A stretch of DNA of 62,997 nt, filler included. It is 13 parts of 13 records of this genome, joined end to end, with 100 filler letters (N's around TTAATTAATTAA, not from the genome) between each part and the next. Parts side by side here need not be neighbours in the genome. Positions count along the whole stretch, not along the records: positions 10,959 to 14,190 come from SRR20825010_7050; positions 14,291 to 17,623 come from SRR20825010_7051; positions 17,724 to 22,709 come from SRR20825010_7054; 10 more parts are not named here. One strand, written 5' to 3'. The translations under genes and the position numbers were made by a program. A model generated the notes under the pieces. That model did not search any database. It worked only from the letters and a program-made list of their open reading frames with translations, and was not told the DNA's origin. Positions 11,247 through 21,569 of this stretch are shown here, piece by piece. Each line of letters opens with the position of its first letter. The stretch's first letter is position 1.

Positions 11247-11954
11247 TCAAATGGTTCCGGCTATGGCCGCGCGGCGCTCGACATGGCGCATCAACACCGT
11301 GATCGTGAGCGCGATCGATACATATACGGCGGTGGCGGCGGTGAACGCCTCGAAGCCCTGATAGGTGTAGCTTTCGATCTGCTGGGTCCGCGCCGTCAGC
11401 TCGAAGACCCCGATGGTCATGGCGATCGACGAATTCTTGAAAATCGTCAGGAATTCGGACGTCAACGGCGGCACGATGACGCGGAAGGCCTGGGGAATGA
11501 GTACGAAGCGATAGGTTTGCGCCGTCGAAAGGCCGGACGCTATCGACGCCATCCGTTGGCCGGGAGGAAGCGCGGCAATGCCGGCGCTGACCTGCACGGC
11601 GACGCGGGACGCGGTGAACAGCCCAAGGGAGACGATGGCCGTCACCACTGCCGGATACGGCAGGCCGCGTTTCAGCCACGTGCCTGTCGCATCCGGAAGC
11701 AGTTCGGGGACCACGAAGAACCAGAGGAACATCTGCAGCAACAGCGGTATATTCCGGAAGAGGCTGATATAACTGCGCGTCAGCAGCCTGATCCAGGCGT
11801 TCCCCGTGCTGTGAAGGACGCCGACAAAGGTTCCGATCGCAAGGGCTATCGCCCAGGAGATGAGCGAGATCGTGATCGTCATCAGCGTGCCCCAGCAGAG
11901 CCACTGCAGGTAGGGCTCCGAGATCAGAACAGCCCAGTTCCACGAATAGTTCAT
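11247..11954 (-). CDS. Polar amino acid ABC permease (GltJ-like)
   Basis: MNYSWNW start, FRNIPLLLQ, PQAFR..PPL and FKNSS motifs. Confidence 0.9.
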   Translation of the reverse strand: MNYSWNWAVLISEPYLQWLCWGTLMTITISLISWAIALAIGTFVGVLHSTGNAWIRLLTRSYISLFRNIPLLLQMFLWFFVVPELLPDATGTWLKRGLPYPAVVTAIVSLGLFTASRVAVQVSAGIAALPPGQRMASIASGLSTAQTYRFVLIPQAFRVIVPPLTSEFLTIFKNSSIAMTIGVFELTARTQQIESYTYQGFEAFTAATAVYVSIALTITVLMRHVERRAAIAGTI

Positions 11955-11998
11955 CCTTGCGTCCCTTTCAGCGCCAATGCGGGATCGGTTCCCGCGCC

Positions 11999-12871
11999 TT
12001 ATTCTGGAACGGCGATCACATTAAGGACCGTCGCAAGGTCTGGTGAAAGCGGGACGCCCATCGGGTCGAACCACTGGGCGTAAAGCGCCTGCAGTTCCCC
12101 GCCGCGCGAAAGTCGCGCCAGTGTTGCATTCACGAGGGTAAGGAAGACCGTGCTGTTCTTCTGAATCAGAAAGCCGTAGCTGTCGTAGGAGAGCGGCTTT
12201 CCGACGACTTCATACGCCGTGGGATCGACCGCCTTGTTTTTCAGCCCGAACAGCAGGATATCATCGGTCGAGAATGCATCTGCGCGACCTGTCCGAAGCG
12301 CGAGGAAGCCTTCGGAATTGTCCTTCACGGGGACGATCCGCATGTCGAGGTTGTCTTTTTCGATCAGGGATTTGATCAGCCGCTCCGGAACCGAATTGAT
12401 CGGCAGCGCGATCGACTTGCCGTCGAGGTCGGCGAGCCCGGTTATCCCCGAGCCGGCCTTCACCAGAAAGCGGGTATGGGAGATAAAGAACGGGTTCGAG
12501 AAGTCGACCTGCGACTGCCGCCCGATCGTGTTGACGGCCGATTCGCAGGAGATGTCGACAGTGCCGTTCGCCACCAGCGGAATCCGGTTTTGAAGATTGA
12601 CGGGCACCCACTCAATCTTCAGGTCCGGCAAATCCAGCGCCGTCTTCACCGTTTCGGCGACCTTCTTGCAAAGATCGGTCGAATAGCCGACCGGCTGACC
12701 CTTGTCGTCGATATAGGAAAACGGAATTGAAGCTTCACGATATCCGATCGAGATAGCGTTCTTCTCCCTGATCCGGTCGACCACTGCATCGCTGGACTGG
12801 GCAAGCGCCCAGGACGACGAGAATAGTGAAGCCGCAATCATGGCGACCGCAGATAATGTGCGAAATTTCAT
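11999..12871 (-). CDS. Amino acid ABC substrate-binding protein (GltI-like, family 3)
   Basis: Signal peptide MKFRTLSAVAMIAASL; IGYREASIPFSY, GYSTDLC and RIPLVANG motifs. Confidence 0.9.
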   Translation of the reverse strand: MKFRTLSAVAMIAASLFSSSWALAQSSDAVVDRIREKNAISIGYREASIPFSYIDDKGQPVGYSTDLCKKVAETVKTALDLPDLKIEWVPVNLQNRIPLVANGTVDISCESAVNTIGRQSQVDFSNPFFISHTRFLVKAGSGITGLADLDGKSIALPINSVPERLIKSLIEKDNLDMRIVPVKDNSEGFLALRTGRADAFSTDDILLFGLKNKAVDPTAYEVVGKPLSYDSYGFLIQKNSTVFLTLVNATLARLSRGGELQALYAQWFDPMGVPLSPDLATVLNVIAVPE

Positions 12872-12902
12872 GTCATTCCCCTTTTCCTGTTTCTCAGGTT
12901 GA

Positions 12903-13607
12903 TCAAGCAATTGCGTTCAGAAGTTCGGCCAGGCTTTCCACCGCAAGATCCGGTCGCGCTTCGGCGGCTCCCTCGCCGGAAAGGCCGAGCAATCGTTGCG
13001 GGCGATTGACCCACGCGCTTTTCAGCCCGAGCCTGTTGGCGGGCGTGATATCCGCCCGCAGGCTCTGGCCGACGTGAAGGATGCGGTTGCGCGGGATGCC
13101 GAGAGCCTCCAGATCCGCAATCGCCGTATCGAAGTGTTCTGGGGCCGGCTTGTAAGCGCCAACCCGTTCGGCCGTGACGACGATATCGAACCGGATGTTC
13201 ATCTTCCCGCACGAGGAAGAAAGCGAAGCATTGTCTATATTCGAGAGAGCGCCGATTTTTACCCGCGCCTGAAGGGTCTTCAGCCCCTCCGAAGCATCGG
13301 AATAGGCCGGCCACGCATGCGGCGTCCTGGAGAATTCCTCCCGTTGCGCGACATCGACCGGCGCGCCGAACTCGGCGGAGATGCGATCGAAGCAACGGCG
13401 CAGCACCTCCGGATAGAGATGGGCCGGACGCTCCTTCTGGATTTCTGCCCTGGCTCGGTCGAAGGCCATGATCAGCTCCTCGCCGTTCGCCTTCACCCCG
13501 GCCTTCGCGGCCCAGCTCGACAGAAACGCGACGATGGAGGGCTCCCAGTCGATCAGGGTTCCATAGACATCAAAGGTGACGGCGTCGAAATCGGAGAGTT
13601 GCAACAT
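12903..13607 (-). CDS. HAD-superfamily hydrolase (haloacid dehalogenase type II-like)
   Basis: TFDVYGTLIDWE motif I, LSN, YKP and LHVGQSLRADI; likely start ATG at 13607. Confidence 0.88.
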   Translation of the reverse strand: MLQLSDFDAVTFDVYGTLIDWEPSIVAFLSSWAAKAGVKANGEELIMAFDRARAEIQKERPAHLYPEVLRRCFDRISAEFGAPVDVAQREEFSRTPHAWPAYSDASEGLKTLQARVKIGALSNIDNASLSSSCGKMNIRFDIVVTAERVGAYKPAPEHFDTAIADLEALGIPRNRILHVGQSLRADITPANRLGLKSAWVNRPQRLLGLSGEGAAEARPDLAVESLAELLNAIA

Positions 13608-13636
13608 CGGAAAATCCACATGACTGTTATCATTAT

Positions 13637-13663
13637 TTTTAGCGATAATCGTTAATCGATAAT
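13637..13663. promoter_or_regulatory. Candidate GntR operator (heptamer repeats)
   Basis: CGATAAT-CGTTAAT-CGATAAT at 13643-13663, next to a minus-strand TTGACA (13665-13670). TTTTAGCGATAAT recurs inverted at 13798-13810. Confidence 0.6.
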
Positions 13664-13831
13664 ATGTCAAGCGACCCTTTTCTCGGACCGAATGCCATTG
13701 GGGCATCACTCATCGATGGATAAACGCATGTAAATATTGACTTATGAGGAGACTTAGAGAAAGGTGAACGGGAGACACAGTGCCAGCGACCCAATTTATT
13801 ATCGCTAAAATGTCCAAAGAGGACTGAGATT

Positions 13832-14190
13832 TTGAGTGACCCGGATAATGCACAGCCGCGCCATCATGGCGGCAATCGGTCGGCGGCGACCCTCGTCATC
13901 GATGAACTGCGGACCGCGATCCTGCACAATCGCCTCGCCGGCGGCGAACGCGTCCGCCAGGATGCGATTGCAACGCAATATGGCGTCAGCCAGATGATCG
14001 TCAGGGAAGCCTTCAAGCAGCTCACCGCCGAGGGTTTCCTGAAGGCCGAACCGAGACGCGGCGTGAGCGTGGCGGTCCTCAGCGCCGACGAGGCATGGGA
14101 AGTGTCACAGCTTCGCGCGCTTGTGGAGTGTCAGGCCTTGCGATGGGCCATTCCGAATATGGTGCGCGCCGACTTCGTCCAGTGCGAGGA
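13832..14190 (+). CDS. GntR/FadR-family regulator (FCD domain), truncated
   Basis: LRTAIL..RLAGGERVRQDAIATQYGVS...VREA winged-HTH; divergent from the HAD-ABC operon. Confidence 0.9.
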
Positions 14191-14294
14191 NNNNNNNNNN
14201 NNNNNNNNNNNNNNNNNNNNNNNNNNNNNNNNNNTTAATTAATTAANNNNNNNNNNNNNNNNNNNNNNNNNNNNNNNNNNNNNNNNNNNNGCGC

Positions 14295-15284
14295 TCAAAA
14301 CAATTCCTCCAGTTTGCGGCTTCCGCGCAGGAAGATGCCGGTCAACACCATGGTCAGGATCAGCACGATGACGGCCATCGCCGCGGATTCGGCAAAGCGC
14401 AGAGACCGGAACGCTTCCTCGTAGATGAACAGGTTGATGACGTTGGTGGCCTTGCCCGGCCCGCCATAGGTGGCGGCAAGCACGATGTCGAACATCTTGA
14501 CCGCGCCGAGCCAGCGGATGACGAAGGTGGCCGCGATCACCGGCACCAGCAGCGGCACGGCGACGGACCAGAGCGTGGACCACCAGCCGGCGCCGTCGAT
14601 CTTGGCGGCCTCGAACACATCCTTGGGCAAGGCAAGCAGCGCGGCGGTGGCGATCAGCACGATGAACGGGGTCCAGCGCCATGTGTCGATGATGATCACG
14701 GCGGCCCTGGCGAGGTTGGCATCGCCGAACCAGTCGAGCGGGCCTAATCCGACAAGGCCGAGCCAGTAATTGGCGATGCCCCAGAGCGGATCGAGGATCA
14801 TCCGCCACATGCCGCCGGCGACCACGGGCGCGACGACCATGGGAATGATGAACAGCGCGCGCAATATGCCCCGGCCCCACCACTCGGCATTGATCAGATA
14901 GGCGATCGCGAAGCCCAGGACGACCTGCAGCGGCAGGGCGATTGCCAGATAGATCAGCGTGACCTTCAGCGATTCCCAGAACCGGTAATCGCCCATCACC
15001 TCTCTGTAATTGTCCCAGCCCACCCATTGATTGGCGCTGAAGCTTGCAAGGTCGAAGGAGGAGAAGCTGATCTCGAACGTATAGAAGATCGGATAGGCCA
15101 GCATCACCACCAGCACCAGCATGCTCGGCATCAGGAACGACCAGCGGCTCAGAAGGTCGGCAAGGGCATGGCGTCGGGCGTGTCGTGCGGCCCCGTCGCT
15201 TCCGGTCCCAGGGCTTCCGGCCCCGTCGCTTCCGGTATTGCGGCGCGATGCTGTGTCTGTCGTCATTCCGGTCTCCTCCCTCAT
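14295..15284 (-). CDS. Carbohydrate ABC transporter permease
   Basis: VGWDNY, DTWRWTPF, EAAKIDGA (EAA loop) and GGPG motifs. Confidence 0.92.
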   Translation of the reverse strand: MREETGMTTDTASRRNTGSDGAGSPGTGSDGAARHARRHALADLLSRWSFLMPSMLVLVVMLAYPIFYTFEISFSSFDLASFSANQWVGWDNYREVMGDYRFWESLKVTLIYLAIALPLQVVLGFAIAYLINAEWWGRGILRALFIIPMVVAPVVAGGMWRMILDPLWGIANYWLGLVGLGPLDWFGDANLARAAVIIIDTWRWTPFIVLIATAALLALPKDVFEAAKIDGAGWWSTLWSVAVPLLVPVIAATFVIRWLGAVKMFDIVLAATYGGPGKATNVINLFIYEEAFRSLRFAESAAMAVIVLILTMVLTGIFLRGSRKLEELF

Positions 15285-15350
15285 GGTCCTCGTCCTTCCC
15301 GCGCCGGCATCCGTCGGGGTCTTTCTCGCTGTCGCCCCGGTCCGCTCTGT

Positions 15351-15821
15351 TCAGCGCGTCTGCGAACGCCAGATCGGCCCGCGCGCCCGCACGGGGTCGA
15401 GCAGCGACCAGTCTCCCTCCTCCACCGGATATCCTTCCGGAAACGGCGGACGCACCTCGATGCCGATCGATGCCATCACCCTGTCGTCGCGATAATAGCA
15501 ACGCGTGGTTACCGCCTCGATGACGCCGGCAAGCGCGGGCTCATCGGCGCGGAATTCCCGCAATATCGTCGCCTGCTCCTCGCGCGAAAGCCTCGCGAAA
15601 CCGGTCCCGGCGCGGGCCTCGACCGCTGCCAGCGCCTCGGTCAGGGCCTGCCGGTCGCGGCCGACGGAGCGCAGGATATCGCCATAGATCGCCGGATCGT
15701 CAGCGCCGGGAACATCGTGGCGCGCGCTTGCCGGGATCATGTGTGCGACGATCGCGCGCAGCGTCTTGCCGTCGTCTTCGAAGAGCGGGTTTTCCGCCTG
15801 GTCTGTCATCGTCTGTGTCAT
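15351..15821 (-). CDS. Gluconate 2-dehydrogenase subunit-3-like protein
   Basis: MIPAS..VPGADD, YYRDDRV and PPFPEGY segments; directly follows a GMC oxidoreductase. Confidence 0.7.
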   Translation of the reverse strand: MTQTMTDQAENPLFEDDGKTLRAIVAHMIPASARHDVPGADDPAIYGDILRSVGRDRQALTEALAAVEARAGTGFARLSREEQATILREFRADEPALAGVIEAVTTRCYYRDDRVMASIGIEVRPPFPEGYPVEEGDWSLLDPVRARGPIWRSQTR

Positions 15822-15828
15822 GGCCGGT

Positions 15829-17427
15829 TCAATCGAAAAGCTCGTAGAGGCGGGTCTTGATCTGATCGGCGACGTACAGCGCCACCGCCTGGATCGTCGA
15901 GGTCGGATTGACGCCGCCGGAGGTGACGAAAACGCTGCCGTCGACGATGAACAGGTTCTTCACATCGTGGCTGCGTCCCCATTCATTGACAACGGATCGC
16001 TCGGGGTCCGTGCCCATGCGGGCCGTCCCCATCAGATGCCAGCCGGCATAAGGCAGCGGCGCCCGGGTGGTGATGTCGCGCGCGCCGGCGGCCTTCAGGA
16101 TCTCGACGCCGCGTTCCACCGAATGGTCGAGCATGAGGCGCGAATTCTCGCTCAGCCGGTAGCTGATCTTCGGCGCGGGAATGCCGTCCGCATCCTTGAG
16201 CTCCGGATCGAGCGTGACGCGATTGTGTTCCTCTGGCAGATCCTCGCAGATCGCCAGCATGCCGGCGCTGTGGCCGAACAGACGACGGAAGGCATCATGG
16301 TGGTCCTCGCCCCAGGGCAGCAGGCCATCCGCCATGCCGGTCATGGCGGTGCGGACCGGGCCCATGCCGCGCGAAAACTGATAGCAATAGCCGCGCACAA
16401 AGCCGCGCGCCGTGTCCGTCTCGTAGAACTCGTGGCTCCAGGTGCAGATTGGTGAGCCGCGATGGCCGTCCATCGGCTGGTCGAAATGGCCGCGTATCTG
16501 GGCATAGGGGTGCAGCATCAGGTTGCGGCCGACCAGGCCGCTGGAATTCGCCAGACCATTGGGAAAGCGGCCGGACGCCGAGTTGAGCAGCAGGCGCGGC
16601 GTGCCGATGCCGTTGCAGGCAAGGATCACGATCTCGGCCGGCTGAAACTGCTCCTTGCCGTCCGCGTCGAAATAATGAGCGCCCGTCGCCATGCCGTCCT
16701 CGCCGGTCTCGATCCGGCTGACGCGACAGCGCGGCCGGATCTCGACGCGCGCGCGCAGCGCCTCCGGCCAATAGGTCAGATCGGTGCTGCCCTTGGCGCC
16801 CTGGGCGCAACCGGAACCGCACTGCCCGAGATTGATGCAGGGGGCCCGCCCCTCATATTCGCGCGTCGTGATCGCCGCATCCGATGGCCACCAGTGCCAG
16901 CCGAGATCGTTCAGCGCCTTGCCAAGCACCTGGCCCGTGCGACCGAGCGGGATCGGGCCCATGACCTGCTCTTTTTCAGGATAGGCCGGATCGCCCGCGA
17001 GGCTGGCAACGCCCATCATCCTGTCGTTGAGGGCGTAGAACGGTTCCAGCGTCCGGTAGTCGATCGGCCAGTCATCGGCGACGCCGTCCAGGCTGCGGAC
17101 CCTGAAATCGGACGGGTGAAGCCGGGGATAGTGTCCGGCATAGAGGATCGTGCCGCCGCCGACGCCATTGAAATTGGAGACCTTGATCGGCGAATCGTCG
17201 TCATTGACCGGATAGTCGGCGGCGAGCCGCCGCCGGTTCGGGCTGAGGGCGAAGTCCTCCGTCAGGCGCGCTTCCCAGTCCCGCCCGTTGCTGGGGAAAT
17301 CGGAGGTGTTCTGCCAGTCGCCCTGATCCAGGCACAGGATACGCATCCTGGTATCGGCAAGGCTCCAGGCCATGACCGCGCCGGAAGCGCCCGCGCCGAT
17401 GATCAGGACATCCACTTTCTCATTCAT
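15829..17427 (-). CDS. GMC family oxidoreductase
   Basis: IIGAGASG FAD motif, GVGGGT, C-x3-GxC-x3-C cluster, HLMGTARMG and NPTSTI. Confidence 0.93.
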   Translation of the reverse strand: MNEKVDVLIIGAGASGAVMAWSLADTRMRILCLDQGDWQNTSDFPSNGRDWEARLTEDFALSPNRRRLAADYPVNDDDSPIKVSNFNGVGGGTILYAGHYPRLHPSDFRVRSLDGVADDWPIDYRTLEPFYALNDRMMGVASLAGDPAYPEKEQVMGPIPLGRTGQVLGKALNDLGWHWWPSDAAITTREYEGRAPCINLGQCGSGCAQGAKGSTDLTYWPEALRARVEIRPRCRVSRIETGEDGMATGAHYFDADGKEQFQPAEIVILACNGIGTPRLLLNSASGRFPNGLANSSGLVGRNLMLHPYAQIRGHFDQPMDGHRGSPICTWSHEFYETDTARGFVRGYCYQFSRGMGPVRTAMTGMADGLLPWGEDHHDAFRRLFGHSAGMLAICEDLPEEHNRVTLDPELKDADGIPAPKISYRLSENSRLMLDHSVERGVEILKAAGARDITTRAPLPYAGWHLMGTARMGTDPERSVVNEWGRSHDVKNLFIVDGSVFVTSGGVNPTSTIQAVALYVADQIKTRLYELFD

Positions 17428-17458
17428 GATCGAAGCCCGGGCCTCCCCTCACTTGCCA

Positions 17459-17623
17459 CTATACCGAAAGCCTTGAGGCTTCGGTGCGCTGCCACATGCC
17501 GGCACCTGGGACCGGCGGATGGTCGGCGAGCGCCGCCTCGATCGGCTCGGTGCCCCAGCCGGGCCTGTCGGGAAGGATGAGATAGCCATCCCGGAATTCC
17601 GGCAGGTGGGTGAAGATCTCCGC
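17459..17623 (-). CDS. C-terminus of a mandelate racemase/muconate lactonizing (enolase superfamily) enzyme
   Basis: Not in the ORF track. Manual translation AEIFTHLPEFRDGYLILPDRPGWGTEPIEAAL...* contains the typical P..PGxG end. Confidence 0.75.
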   Translation of the reverse strand, partial: AEIFTHLPEFRDGYLILPDRPGWGTEPIEAALADHPPVPGAGMWQRTEASRLSV

Positions 17624-17723
17624 NNNNNNNNNNNNNNNNNNNNNNNNNNNNNNNNNNNNNNNNNNNNTTAATTAATTAANNNNNNNNNNNNNNNNNNNNN
17701 NNNNNNNNNNNNNNNNNNNNNNN

Positions 17724-18241
17724 TTGATACCGTGATCGAGGTGCTGGGTGAGCGGGTCCTGCGCATGACCCCGGCCGATACACTCTCCAACCTGGTCGCG
17801 GTTCAGGCGCGCATTCACGAATATGAGTTCTGCCGGCATCTGGCCGAAACTCTTGACGGGCACTGGGACCAGATCAGCGACACACTCAAACCCATCGTCA
17901 CCAGGGGCCGGCAGATCGGTCTGACCGAGTACGAGGATGCGCTGGCGGTCAAAGCTTCGGCGGAAAAATTCTTTGCCGACTTCTTTCTGGAATTCGATGC
18001 GATCATCGCACCCGCGGCAGCCGGCGAAGCGCCGAGATTCGGGTCAGGCACCGGTGATCCGATATTCTGCACCCTGTGGACCCTGGCCGGGCTGCCTTGC
18101 GTGACCCTGCCCCTTTTGGTCGGCGAGACCGGCTTGCCGATCGGCGTGCAGCTGATCGGGGCGGCCGAAAAGGACGACCGGCTGTTGCGCACGGCGCGGT
18201 GGCTTCAGGACACACTTGCAGCAGAAGCCGCTGAAAACTGA
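17724..18241 (+). CDS. Amidase (AS family), C-terminal part
   Basis: TGDPIFCTLWTLAGLPCVTLP...GLPIGVQLIG..DDRLL. Confidence 0.88.
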
Positions 18242-18252
18242 AAGGACAATCC

Positions 18253-18453
18253 ATGTCATACCCTGTCAAGGTGATTACCGGCCTCATCGGCACAGTGCTG
18301 TTCCTGATCTTCGTGGGCGAACTGTCCCGCTCGATCTCGCACGGCTTTGCCGGTTTCTGGGGCGGCTTGCCGTTCATGCTGATCGTCATCGCCGTCGGCT
18401 TGATGGCCGTCTACGATTACTGGGAGGAATGCGTCCGCAGGCCTAAAAAATGA
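18253..18453 (+). CDS. Small two-TM membrane protein
   Basis: 66 aa with two hydrophobic segments, AAGGA RBS, and an ATGA overlap with the next gene. Confidence 0.75.
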   Translation: MSYPVKVITGLIGTVLFLIFVGELSRSISHGFAGFWGGLPFMLIVIAVGLMAVYDYWEECVRRPKK

Positions 18454-19412
18454 GTGCCAAGCCAAAGCTCTGGATTACGCGCAGACTGTCGGACGCGACG
18501 CTTGAACGCGCGGCGCGCGATTACGACGCCATCATCAATTTCGATGACGGCCTGAGTTCGGACGACGACCTGGTGGCCATGAGCGCCGGGGTCGACGCCA
18601 TCATTCCGTGTCATTCCGAGCGGTTTTCCGCCGATGTCGCCCAAAGGCTTGATCCGCGTCTGAAGATCATCGCCAACCATTCGGTTGGTGTCGATCATTG
18701 CGATCTGCCTGCATTGAAATCACGCGGCATCGTCGTCACCAACACGCCGGATGTCCTGTCTGACGCAACGGCCGAAATCGCCATGCTGCTGATGCTTGGC
18801 GCAGCCCGCCATGCAGTGCAGGGAGACCATCTGGTGCGGTCCGGAAGCTGGGATTTCTGGAGCCCTTCCTTCATGGTCGGCAAACAGGTCACGGGCGCGC
18901 GGCTCGGCATTGTCGGCATGGGTCGCGTCGGCCAGGCATTTGCCCGCAAGGCACGCGGCTTCGACATGGAAATCCACTACTACAACCGCACCCGCCTGAT
19001 GCCGGAGCAAGAGCACGGCGCCATCTATCACGACACGGTCGAAAGCCTGTTGGGAATGGCTGATTTCCTGTCGCTGCACTGCCCAGCGACACCCGAAACA
19101 ACCGGCCTGATGAACGCCGAGCGTCTGGCGCTGCTGCCGGCTGGCGCGGTTCTCGTCAACACCGCACGCGGAGCCCTTGTCGACGAGGCTGCCCTGCTCT
19201 CCGCCATTGAAGGCGGGCACGTTGCCGCAGCAGGCCTCGACTGCTTCGCCACCGAGCCCGGCGGCAACCCCGCTTTTTCCCCGCACAGAAACATCTTCAT
19301 GCTGCCCCATATCGGCAGCGCCACGGTACGAACCCGCGACGCAATGGGTTTCCGGGCCCTTGACAATCTCGATGCATTTTTCAAGGGCGAGAGACCGAAG
19401 GACATGCTCTAG
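18450..19412 (+). CDS. D-2-hydroxyacid dehydrogenase (glyoxylate/hydroxypyruvate reductase-like)
   Basis: VTNTPDVL, GMGRVG, NTARG, EP and LPHIGSAT motifs. Confidence 0.92.
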   Translation: MSAKPKLWITRRLSDATLERAARDYDAIINFDDGLSSDDDLVAMSAGVDAIIPCHSERFSADVAQRLDPRLKIIANHSVGVDHCDLPALKSRGIVVTNTPDVLSDATAEIAMLLMLGAARHAVQGDHLVRSGSWDFWSPSFMVGKQVTGARLGIVGMGRVGQAFARKARGFDMEIHYYNRTRLMPEQEHGAIYHDTVESLLGMADFLSLHCPATPETTGLMNAERLALLPAGAVLVNTARGALVDEAALLSAIEGGHVAAAGLDCFATEPGGNPAFSPHRNIFMLPHIGSATVRTRDAMGFRALDNLDAFFKGERPKDML

Positions 19413-19502
19413 CAGAAGGTCTGCAGCGTCCTTCAGGACCGGTCGCTGCAACCATCGCCGACCCATCTTGCACCTTCGCCGTTTTCAGGTTCAAATCCGT
19501 CC

Positions 19503-20705
19503 ATGAACTATTCTGGACCCAGCTTCACCCTCGGCGTCGAAGAGGAATACCTGCTTGTCGATCGCGACACGTTCGATCTCGTTGCCGCACCCGAATCCCT
19601 GATGGCGGACTGCGCAGCGGAACTTGAAGGGCAGGTCAGCCCCGAATTCCTGCAGTGCCAGATCGAGGTCGGAACCCGGGTCTGCAAGACGGTCGCAGAA
19701 GCCGGCAGGGATCTGGCGCACCTGCGCTCCGTGATCGCTCGAATTGCCGGCAATTACGGCATGGCGCCACTTGCCGTGTCCTGTCATCCCTTTGCCGACT
19801 GGCACAAGCAGCACTTCACCGACAAGCAGCGCTACCGCGAGCTCGAACGCGATCTCGGCGGCGTTGCCCGGCGCATGCTGATATGCGGCATGCATGTCCA
19901 TGTCGGCATTGACGATGATGATACCCGCATCGATCTGATGGCGCAGTTCCCCTATTTCCTGCCGCATCTTCTGGCACTGTCGACCTCGTCGCCCTATTGG
20001 AAGGGAGACGATACCGGCCTGAATTCGTACCGGCTGACAGTCTTCGACAACCTGCCCAGAACCGGATTGCCGCCACGCTTTTCCTCCTGGTCCGAATACC
20101 GGCGGTCTGTTCAGATCATCATCGACACCGGCCTGATAGAGGACTGCACCAAGATCTGGTGGGACCTTCGCCCGTCCGACCGGTTCCCGACGCTGGAATC
20201 GCGGATTTGCGACGTTTCTCCCCGGCTGGATGACACGCTGGCCATTGTCGCCCTGACCCAGTCGATCATGCACATGCTGTGGCGGCTGCGGACGAAGAAC
20301 CAGAGATGGCGCATCCATGACCGGTTTCTGGTCGGAGAAAACCGCTGGCGGGCGCAGCGCTATGGCGTCTCCAACGGATTGATCGATTTCGGCAAGGGAT
20401 CCGTCGTCGACTTCGCCGACCTGCTCGAGGAACTGATCGAGCTCGTTCGCGAAGATGCGATCGCGCTTGGCTGTTGGGCCGAGGTCCAGTCAGCCCGCCG
20501 GATTGTCGAAACCGGCACCAGCGCGGACCGACAACGTTCTGTCTACGCAACCGCGGTTGCTGGCGGCGCCAGCACCAAGGAAGCCCAGAAAGAGGTCGTC
20601 AAATCCCTGATCGAGGAATTCACGTCAGGGCTCGAGACGCACCGGAACGCCGAACTTGTCACGGGACAACCGGATCGACACGTCCCGGAAACGCTTCAAT
20701 CTTGA
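19503..20705 (+). CDS. Carboxylate-amine ligase (YbdK/GCS2 family)
   Basis: [29 protein letters not shown] and TLESRICD motifs. Confidence 0.92.
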   Translation: MNYSGPSFTLGVEEEYLLVDRDTFDLVAAPESLMADCAAELEGQVSPEFLQCQIEVGTRVCKTVAEAGRDLAHLRSVIARIAGNYGMAPLAVSCHPFADWHKQHFTDKQRYRELERDLGGVARRMLICGMHVHVGIDDDDTRIDLMAQFPYFLPHLLALSTSSPYWKGDDTGLNSYRLTVFDNLPRTGLPPRFSSWSEYRRSVQIIIDTGLIEDCTKIWWDLRPSDRFPTLESRICDVSPRLDDTLAIVALTQSIMHMLWRLRTKNQRWRIHDRFLVGENRWRAQRYGVSNGLIDFGKGSVVDFADLLEELIELVREDAIALGCWAEVQSARRIVETGTSADRQRSVYATAVAGGASTKEAQKEVVKSLIEEFTSGLETHRNAELVTGQPDRHVPETLQS

Positions 20706-20762
20706 TCGCTTCGCTTGCCATAAGGCCGGCCGCACTGAGCAGAGCATCCACCTCCCAAAGGT

Positions 20763-21569
20763 GTGTCCATGTTTGGTTTTTCCTGTCTCTTGGGGCATGA
20801 TTTGCGAAAGGTTTGCTCGCAACATGTGGAAACAATCCATCCCGGCACGGAAGGTCACGATATCCGGTTTTCATCCACCACAACGATTTTCACTGCAATT
20901 CTGCCGGCACTCATGCTTTCTGCCCAGGGAAAGACTGTCGCCGCCCAGCCGCTGTGCGGGCTTTCGCTTGTGCTTGCGCTGGATGTGTCTTCGAGCGTTG
21001 ACGGCGAGGAGTTCAATCTGCAAACTGGTGGCCTTGCCCGCGCGCTGAGAGATCCGGAGGTACGGCGTTCGATCATCGCGGCAGGTGGAATTCAGGCAAC
21101 CGCGCTGGAGTGGAGCGGACGCTACCAGCAGGTGGACATCACGTCCTGGTCGCTGCTTGTCGGCGATGCTGACATATTCGAATTCGCGGACCGCATCGAG
21201 GCGCATCAGCGCGCTCATCAAGAGTTCCCAACGGCTCTCGGCTATGCTCTCGGCTACGCCGCCACCCGGCTGAGCAAGGCGCCACTCGACTGCGCCCGAT
21301 CCGTCATCGATGTTTCCGGAGACGGTATCAACAACGAGGGCTTCGAGCCCGCACTCGCCTACCGTAACTTCGATTTCTCCAATGTCACTGTCAACGGACT
21401 TGTAATCCGCGGCGCAGACCCTGACCCCGTCGCCTATTACGGGAACGAAGTCATTTACGGGCACGGCGCCTTCGTCGTCGTGGCGGAAAACTTCGACGAC
21501 TACGAGGCTGCAATGAAGCGAAAACTGCTCAGAGAGATCAACGGAGCCAATCTGGCCAGGGCCGATTGA
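20763..21569 (+). CDS. DUF1194 (vWA-like) protein; start uncertain
   Basis: LVLALDVSSSVD MIDAS-like motif, IDVSGDG.NN and KLLREI. Confidence 0.85.
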   Translation: MSMFGFSCLLGHDLRKVCSQHVETIHPGTEGHDIRFSSTTTIFTAILPALMLSAQGKTVAAQPLCGLSLVLALDVSSSVDGEEFNLQTGGLARALRDPEVRRSIIAAGGIQATALEWSGRYQQVDITSWSLLVGDADIFEFADRIEAHQRAHQEFPTALGYALGYAATRLSKAPLDCARSVIDVSGDGINNEGFEPALAYRNFDFSNVTVNGLVIRGADPDPVAYYGNEVIYGHGAFVVVAENFDDYEAAMKRKLLREINGANLARAD

